From Firmicutes bacterium CAG:341 (lineage in GTDB: Bacteria; Bacillota; Clostridia; Oscillospirales; Oscillospiraceae), in the NCBI GenBank assembly GCA_963631875.1, contig CAVGSO010000001.1, positions 16,494 to 80,493 on the forward strand: DNA of 64,000 nt. Reading direction: 5' to 3'. The notes below the pieces were generated by a model. The model worked only from the letters and a program-made list of their open reading frames with translations. It was not told the origin of the DNA and did not search any database. Of this stretch, positions 23,950-30,673 are shown piece by piece. Numbering within the stretch: position 1 is the first letter of the stretch; each line of letters starts with the position of its first letter. A program made the translations under genes and the position numbers.

Positions 23950-24269
23950 GTCTTCGTTCAGAAAGATGCGGGAAATCTGTCATTTCGTGGAGAATGACGG
24001 TGGGATAGGTGGTGGTGTTTGTTTGATTTGGGGTGATGGGGTGGGTGGGGCGGGCGGGGTGCGCCGCATCTGTCATTCCGAGTCGGTGGCCGACGTCACC
24101 GGCTTGGGAATCCGTTGTTTTTCGCGCCGTCGGCGCGGCGATTCATCTGGGTGCGGTGTACTGGGCGGATGGACACGCCCGTTCTGTCAGGTCGGGGCAG
24201 GGGTCTGCCACGTCCGCGGGAGGGGCAAAGCCCCTCCCCTACGGACGATCCAAAGAGTCGTGTGGCTTA

Positions 24270-25601
24270 TTAAAGCGGGCAGGGGAAGGCGGTGAAGACG
24301 GCGTGGCCGTTCGTGAGGGTGAACGGGTACTCATACGTCTCTGTTTCGTCGGTGAGGGTGGCCTTGCCGTTGTCGTCGAAGTCCTGACGTGTCAGGGTCT
24401 GGGTCAGCACGCCGCTCTCGCCGTCGAGCGTGACGGCATATGCGAGCTTGCCGATGGTGATGTCGCTGCCGCGCTCACCCATCGTGGCGTAGAGGACACC
24501 GTCCTTCTCGACGAATTTGCCCGTGGCGAGCCACTCGTCGGCAAGGCTTTCGCTGACATACGTACACAGGAGGTCACGCAGGTCGGCAAGCGTGGTGACA
24601 TAGCCGAGCTCCACGGGGTAGAGCTCCGTGCCGTCGTCCGTCTTGGCCGTGGAGACTTCGGAGGCCAGCGGCGGCATGGTCATATAGAACCACGACCACA
24701 TGGTCTGCGCGGCGTAGTAGTCGGAGATAACCGCGTCCTCCTGCGGAACGGTCAGCAGGAGCTGCACCTTTGCGTCGAGGGCATAGTAAAAGTCGCTGTA
24801 CGGGATGTCGAAGCTCTGCGCTCCGGCGGCGTAGGGTGCGAGGATGTAGACGTCGAAATAGACGGTCATGCCCGTCTCGGTGAAGTAGAAGCTCGCGTTT
24901 TCGGCAAGGTCATTCACCTTGTCAAGATAGTCGTCAAAGTAACCGTCGGCGAGGCTGCTGTCGTATATCTGCGAGGAAATCTTGGTGGCCAGCAGGCTCG
25001 TCAGGTTCTTGCTGAGAGGGTCTTCCTGATTGGCGAGGTTGTCGAAGGTGAGGAACTCACCCGTGAGGATGTCGAAATTCCACGTCTTGAGACCGGTGTT
25101 GGGGTGCGTGCCGCCGCCGCTGCTGTACGCGGTGCAGACGGCGCTGGCCAGCCCCTCGGTCTGGTAGCCGCTCTCGTAGGTCAGCTCCTCGGCGTAGGGC
25201 ATCCAGTTGGCCTTGCCCTCGTCGTCAAGGGCTTCATAGGCGGCCTTGGCATTTTCGAGGGACTCCTGCGCGGCGGTGTCAAGCGACTCGGCGGCCTTGA
25301 CGATCTCGGCGTTGAAGTCCGCGCAGCTCTCCGCCATGGGCGAATCGTCAAACTCGTAGAGCTGGCCGTCCTTCGTGTAGAGGGCGAGCTGCGGAAGGGT
25401 GTATTTCTCGGTCAGCAGCACCACGCCGTCGTCATTGGAGAAGCTCTCCTCCTTGGTGAGCGTCGCCTCCATGACCACGTGGGGCGCAGCGGTGTCGGTG
25501 GTGTCGGTGGTCGTGTCGTCCGTCTGTGTCTGCGTCGTGCCGCAGGCAGCGAGAGAGAGGACAAGTGCGAGGGAAAGTGCGAGGGATAAAAGCTTTTTCA
25601 T
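24270..25601 (-). CDS. Lipoprotein with DUF4163/DUF3298 (RsiV/PdaC-type) domains plus a C-terminal extension
   Basis: 443 aa. Lipobox LSLAAC. Motifs SSGGGTHPNTGLKTWNFDILTGEFLTFDNL and YILAPYAAGAQSFDIPYSDF. Confidence 0.75.
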   Translation of the reverse strand: MKKLLSLALSLALVLSLAACGTTQTQTDDTTTDTTDTAAPHVVMEATLTKEESFSNDDGVVLLTEKYTLPQLALYTKDGQLYEFDDSPMAESCADFNAEIVKAAESLDTAAQESLENAKAAYEALDDEGKANWMPYAEELTYESGYQTEGLASAVCTAYSSGGGTHPNTGLKTWNFDILTGEFLTFDNLANQEDPLSKNLTSLLATKISSQIYDSSLADGYFDDYLDKVNDLAENASFYFTETGMTVYFDVYILAPYAAGAQSFDIPYSDFYYALDAKVQLLLTVPQEDAVISDYYAAQTMWSWFYMTMPPLASEVSTAKTDDGTELYPVELGYVTTLADLRDLLCTYVSESLADEWLATGKFVEKDGVLYATMGERGSDITIGKLAYAVTLDGESGVLTQTLTRQDFDDNGKATLTDETETYEYPFTLTNGHAVFTAFPCPL

Positions 25602-25645
25602 GATAGTCTCCTTTCGGACAGGGTTCGCGTTGGTTTTTGCGTTGG

Positions 25646-27265
25646 TTATTTCTGACCGCCGAGATAGCGGATGGCCAGCATCGTGATGTCATCAAACTGC
25701 GGGGCTTCGCCGACAAAGGTGTCGATGTCCGCCTTCAGCTTCGGCAGCAGCTCAAGCGGCGTGTCGGCAAGGTGGCTGTTGAGCGAGGCGAGCATACGGT
25801 CGGTGCCGTACAGCTCGTTGTTCGCGTCCGTCGCCTCGGCCACACCGTCGGTGTAGACGAAAAGCCTGTCGCCCGGAGCGAGCTGCAGGGTGTACTCCTG
25901 ATAGCGGCTGGAGTCGAGGCAGGCCAGCACAAGGCCGTGCGGGTCCTTGACCAGCTCGTATTCGCCGTTGGCGCGGCAGAGGGCGGGGTACTCGTGACCT
26001 GCGTTGGCGCAGGTGAGCTTCCCGGTGGACAGCTCCAAGATACCGAGCCACACGGTGACGAACATATCGATGGGGTTGTTGACGCAGAGCTGACCGTTGA
26101 CCTCCTCCAAGACCTCCTTGGGGGATTTGCCGCTCTGTGCGCTGTTTTTCAGCAGCACCTTGGTGATGACCATGAAGAGCGCGGCGGGGACACCCTTGCC
26201 GGACACGTCCGCGATAACGAGGGCCAAGTGGTCGTCATCGACGAGGAAGTAGTCGTAGAAATCGCCGCCGACCTCCTTGGCCGGGGTCATGGTGGCGTAG
26301 ATGTCGAACTCCGTGCGCTCGGGGAAGGCGGGGAAGATACACGGGAGCATACTGGACTGAATTTCCGTGGCGACAGACAGCTCCGCGCCGATGCGCTCCT
26401 TCTCCGCCGTGATGGCGGTGAGGTTTTGGATATAGTCGTAGATGCTCTGCTCCATCTCGCGCACGGCCTGATAGAGCCGCCCCATCTCGTCCCCTCGATG
26501 GAGCTGCGGGACGTTGAGCATACTCTGCTCGTGCGTGACCTCCCCGGCCTTCTGCTTTTTGATGAAGTTGTCCGCGATGGCGGACAGGCGGTTGAGCGGC
26601 GCGACGAGCAGCAGCTGCGCGGAGATGGCGGACAGCACCACAAGCACGGCGGTGATGATGAGCAGTATACGGATGAGGTTCGTCAAAAATGATTGCTCCG
26701 CCGCCTCCGTCTCCTTCATGGAGAAGATGACGGCCATGTAGCCGCGGGTCGTGCCGCTATCGTCCCGGATGGGCGCAAGGGCGTAGACCGCGCCCGCGCC
26801 GCGGCTCTCCTGCCGGACGGCGGGAACGGTTTCGCCCGCCATAAGCTTATCCTGTATGGCGATGAACTCCGGGAACGTGAACGTCTGAATCTCGCCTAAT
26901 TGCAGCGCACCGGGGCGGGTGTCGGTATTATAGACGACGTAGAAGCCCTCGTCGGACGGCTTGAGGCAGCAGATGGCGACCACACCGTAGTACTGCTGGA
27001 TCTCCATCAGGCGCGACTGCACGCTGATGTAGCTCTCGTCCGTTGCGCCGCGTTCAAGGTAGCGGTCGATGGAGTCCGGCTCGACGAGTGCGGCCGTGGC
27101 CACGGCCAAGTTCTCCGCTGTCTGCGTGACCTGACTGTCGAGGTTTTCACGGTAGGCGTTGTAGCTGAACCACACCGCCGCACCGCCGATGACCACGGCG
27201 ATGAGGATGATGTTCAGGACGCTCTTCATGCCCATCGAGAAGCGGATCTTGTATTTTTTTGTCAT
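25646..27265 (-). CDS. Membrane-bound PP2C (SpoIIE/RsbU-family) serine phosphatase with an extracytoplasmic sensor domain and a HAMP-like linker
   Basis: About 539 aa from the ATG at 27265 (GGAGGA RBS). Transmembrane helix, loop of about 190 aa, second transmembrane helix. Motifs GGDFYDYF, VIADVSGKGVPAAL, FDDITMLAI. Confidence 0.85.
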   Translation of the reverse strand: MTKKYKIRFSMGMKSVLNIILIAVVIGGAAVWFSYNAYRENLDSQVTQTAENLAVATAALVEPDSIDRYLERGATDESYISVQSRLMEIQQYYGVVAICCLKPSDEGFYVVYNTDTRPGALQLGEIQTFTFPEFIAIQDKLMAGETVPAVRQESRGAGAVYALAPIRDDSGTTRGYMAVIFSMKETEAAEQSFLTNLIRILLIITAVLVVLSAISAQLLLVAPLNRLSAIADNFIKKQKAGEVTHEQSMLNVPQLHRGDEMGRLYQAVREMEQSIYDYIQNLTAITAEKERIGAELSVATEIQSSMLPCIFPAFPERTEFDIYATMTPAKEVGGDFYDYFLVDDDHLALVIADVSGKGVPAALFMVITKVLLKNSAQSGKSPKEVLEEVNGQLCVNNPIDMFVTVWLGILELSTGKLTCANAGHEYPALCRANGEYELVKDPHGLVLACLDSSRYQEYTLQLAPGDRLFVYTDGVAEATDANNELYGTDRMLASLNSHLADTPLELLPKLKADIDTFVGEAPQFDDITMLAIRYLGGQK

Positions 27266-27296
27266 ACTCGGTGTTTCCTCCTCATGCCGCACCAAA

Positions 27297-27707
27297 TCAG
27301 AGCTTTTTGCGGATGGTGAGGATATTCTTGCCGTCCTCATACGAGTATTCAACATCGTCCATGTTCTTCTTGACGAGGAAAATGCCGAGGCCGCCGATTT
27401 CGCGGGATTCGGCACTGGCGGTGACGTCTACGTCCTCGCGGTCGAGGGGATTAAAGGGCTTGCCGCGGTCGAGGAAGCGGATGGTAACCGTGGGCGGGTC
27501 GCCGCCCGCGTCCACGTCCACCTCCGCCTCACCCAGCTCGGGGTGGTAGGCGTAGTTGGCGATGTTGACGAAGATCTCCTCGACCGCCAGCTCGACCTGC
27601 ATTTGAACCTTCGGCGAGCAGCCGTACTTTTCAAGCTCCGTGCCGATGAAGTCGTTGACGGTCGTCAACTGGTTGACCTCGGCGGGGACACGCATTGTTT
27701 TCATCAT
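27297..27707 (-). CDS. RsbW/SpoIIAB-like anti-sigma-factor serine kinase (HATPase_c_2)
   Basis: 136 aa. N-box AVEEIFVNIANYAY, G-box IGGLGIFLVKK. AAGGAG RBS. Confidence 0.85.
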   Translation of the reverse strand: MMKTMRVPAEVNQLTTVNDFIGTELEKYGCSPKVQMQVELAVEEIFVNIANYAYHPELGEAEVDVDAGGDPPTVTIRFLDRGKPFNPLDREDVDVTASAESREIGGLGIFLVKKNMDDVEYSYEDGKNILTIRKKL

Positions 27708-27750
27708 ACTGTCTGACTCCTTTCCTGCTCACAAGAGCAAGGGGCGTTGT

Positions 27751-30633
27751 TTATTTCGGCTGCACCTGCTGCTGCGGCTGCTCGCCGAGCTTGACGCCGC
27801 TGCCCAGCTCTATTCCGCGCACCTTCAAGCTGCGTTCCAGATTGGTCTTGAACAGCTTGTTTTCCAGCAGGATATTTTTCGCCATTTCCAGCGGCTTCTT
27901 TCCCTCAAGCACCTTGGAAATCTTCTCGATAGAGGCGCGGTTTCCCTTCTCCGTGGCGACCTCCTTGAGCATATCTCCGAAGTCCTTCGTCATCTTCACC
28001 TCGGCTTGCAGCACCTCGCTTGCCTCCTTGTCGCGCAGCAGCCGCGACAGGCGGTTTCCGCTGCCGAGTTCCTCAAGCTGCATCATACCCAAAATGACGT
28101 AGCTGCTCAGGAGGTTGGCCGTCTTGGTCACATCGTAGTTTTCCGTCCCCTTGGCCACCTCCGCCTGCAGGTCGTTCATTTGGGGCGCGACGGTCTTCGT
28201 CGCAAAGTCATACACGCCGAGGCCCACGCTGCTGAGCTTTTTCTGCGCCTCGCTGAGCGATGTGCTCACCGCATCGCGGGCTTCAAGGTCCGTCTTGATA
28301 TCCACCGCCTCGGGCAGCTCACGCGCGAGCTGCTCGGCATCGAAGGTCGCCAGGAAGCGCGTCAGCTTCTCGTTGCCGAGTTCGCTGACGGGGCCTCCCG
28401 TGATCTCCATCACGGCCTCTTCGCCCAAATTCTTGATCTGCTCCTGCGCGGTCGCGGCGTCGGCAAAGCTGCGTTCGATGGGGCCGACGCCCGCCTTGTT
28501 CTGCGCGCTGCGCTGCGCACGCTCGGTCTTAATCATCTCCGCGGCGATCATGCCGCCCACGAAGCTGACGGCGTTCTCCTGCGAGAGGTTGGTGCTGGCG
28601 ACGTAGTGCTGCACACTCGCCGTGCTTTTGGGGTCGATGACGAGGAAGCGCATGATGCCGTTGTTGCCCTCCTGAATGGCGGCGGCCACCGCCTCGGGGT
28701 ATTCCTCGTTCCTGTACGTGCGGCCCGTGGACTCCAGCCATCTGGACAGGTTCTGACGGCGGATCGAGTTCTCCCGGTATTTATCCTCGCGAGCCACATT
28801 GGCGCGAATTTCCGCACCCTGCATCCCGCGGTATTTCTCCAAATCGTGCCGCGCTTTGTCCGCAAGCTCCATCTCGTCCAGCTTCGTCGTCAGATGCTCC
28901 CGCAGTGCGTTTGCCACGCGGATATGACCGCGCTCCAAATCGTTGTGACCCTCGCCGACGTTCTCGCGCTCCTTGCCTTCAATGTAGGTATCGCAGAGCT
29001 TCAACACCTCTCGGTACTGCTTGGCAAGCGCCTCGCGCTCATTCTTCTTGTCACTCAGGGGCTTGCCCTCGGCGGCCAGCGCCTCGAACGCCTCGCGCAT
29101 ACGCTTGAAGTTGCCGGAGCGGGTCTGATACCACTTGTCGGAGTCGGCAAACTGCTTGAGCAGCGCCGTGTTCTCGGCCTCCAAGCCGTAATTGAACAGC
29201 GCCTCCGGCTTGCTCCACGTCATCGCGGCGGACATCGGGTTCTTCAGCGTCAGCACCGCCACGCGCTCGCCCTGCCGGAACAGCAGCGGGCGGCCGCTCT
29301 TGAGCTCATTCACGCCCGCCTCATCTTTCAGGTGGCGCTTGCCGTTCGCGTCAAACTCGTCACAGAAGCACTCCACGCCGTTCTCGCCGCCAAGCGTGAA
29401 GCCGTATCCCTCCACCGTGCTTTGGAACGTATCGTCTATCTCAAGATCGCGGCTCCCGATGATGCTGGCCGCCATGTCGCCCAGCATATCACGAAGTCCG
29501 TCGGAAACACCGCGACCGCCAAGGCGCGCATACCGTAAAACCTCCGGGCACTTTCGCTCGCGCTCGGCTCTGAACGAGGTACCCCTGTCGTCATCGTAGA
29601 GGTCGTCGTCATACTTTTCCTTCAGCTTTCCGAGATCATACTGATCCGCCAGCAGCTCCGGGTCGAGGAACTCATACATCGGATTGGTGCGTATCATGAT
29701 ACGCTTGAACGCCTCATTATGCTGCCCCTGCAGATTCTTCCTCCAGTCCTCCAGCTGCTGTCTCTCCTGCTCCGTCAGGCTGAGATCGTTCCGCTGGCGG
29801 AAGTCGTTGTCGATGTCCATCAGCAGTCCGTTGGCTCTGGCGATCTTGGCGAGGTTCTCGCCCTGCACCTCCGGCGGCAGACTGCCGTCGGCCATCTCAT
29901 ACACATTTCTTGTATCGTCCAGTGCCTCCCGCATCATCCCCATCAGCATATCGGTACGCCGCCGGGAAAGCTCCGCCTGAAGCTGCTCGCGGATCTCCGC
30001 GTCGCTCACATTGGCCAGCTCCGGGTCGCTCGCCCGCCGCCGGGGAACGGCCTCTGCGAAGTACGCGTTCCAGTGATTGGGGTTCGTGTCGAACAGGAAA
30101 GCGATCTCCTCGTTCCGCAGATCAACGCGCTGCTGTTCCGCCTCCAGCTCCTCCTGCGTTGCGCCGGGATTTTCGCGGAAAAACTGGTCGGGCTGCACAT
30201 TGTAATAGAACAGCCAACCCACGCCGCGTGAAAACTGGCGCCTGTCCGCCTCCAGTCGCTGCCGCTCCTGCTCCGACAGCACGAAGTTGGTCTGCGGATT
30301 TGCCCGTCCCTGATCCTGATAGTAGATATAGCCGTTAGGTATCTCCGTGTGATTCTGCATCACGGAATAGATGGCCTGCCGCAGACGCTGGGAACACTCC
30401 CGCCGCTCACGGCGTTCCTCGCCGGTATAGCGCGGCATGGGGCGGTACGGGATGCCCGGACGGCGGTACCCGGGGTTATCCAACAGCTCGAATATCTCCC
30501 TCTCGGAGTACATGGGGGGCAGCTCCTCGGTGAAATACCGCTCCACCTCGGCGCGTACCTGCTCCTCGGTCATCTGCGGATTTCCCCTCCTTATGCCCGC
30601 TCTCAGGGCAGACAGGGTATCATATGTGCTCAT
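27751..30633 (-). CDS. Large helical protein of unknown function, paralogue B, no signal peptide
   Basis: 960 aa. GGAAGGAG RBS. Collinear with 30674-33601 along its whole length, and the C-terminal tail is near-identical. Confidence 0.8.
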   Translation of the reverse strand: MSTYDTLSALRAGIRRGNPQMTEEQVRAEVERYFTEELPPMYSEREIFELLDNPGYRRPGIPYRPMPRYTGEERRERRECSQRLRQAIYSVMQNHTEIPNGYIYYQDQGRANPQTNFVLSEQERQRLEADRRQFSRGVGWLFYYNVQPDQFFRENPGATQEELEAEQQRVDLRNEEIAFLFDTNPNHWNAYFAEAVPRRRASDPELANVSDAEIREQLQAELSRRRTDMLMGMMREALDDTRNVYEMADGSLPPEVQGENLAKIARANGLLMDIDNDFRQRNDLSLTEQERQQLEDWRKNLQGQHNEAFKRIMIRTNPMYEFLDPELLADQYDLGKLKEKYDDDLYDDDRGTSFRAERERKCPEVLRYARLGGRGVSDGLRDMLGDMAASIIGSRDLEIDDTFQSTVEGYGFTLGGENGVECFCDEFDANGKRHLKDEAGVNELKSGRPLLFRQGERVAVLTLKNPMSAAMTWSKPEALFNYGLEAENTALLKQFADSDKWYQTRSGNFKRMREAFEALAAEGKPLSDKKNEREALAKQYREVLKLCDTYIEGKERENVGEGHNDLERGHIRVANALREHLTTKLDEMELADKARHDLEKYRGMQGAEIRANVAREDKYRENSIRRQNLSRWLESTGRTYRNEEYPEAVAAAIQEGNNGIMRFLVIDPKSTASVQHYVASTNLSQENAVSFVGGMIAAEMIKTERAQRSAQNKAGVGPIERSFADAATAQEQIKNLGEEAVMEITGGPVSELGNEKLTRFLATFDAEQLARELPEAVDIKTDLEARDAVSTSLSEAQKKLSSVGLGVYDFATKTVAPQMNDLQAEVAKGTENYDVTKTANLLSSYVILGMMQLEELGSGNRLSRLLRDKEASEVLQAEVKMTKDFGDMLKEVATEKGNRASIEKISKVLEGKKPLEMAKNILLENKLFKTNLERSLKVRGIELGSGVKLGEQPQQQVQPK

Positions 30634-30673
30634 AGAAATTCTCCTTCCGCTAACTTAAATACCTGTATGTGTA

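Noticed and set aside
23782-24269. Small ORFs in the spacer (23843-24076 minus, 23966-24295 plus)
   Set aside because: They have no RBS and odd composition, and they overlap the promoter, G-tract and repeat elements. I treated the spacer as non-coding.
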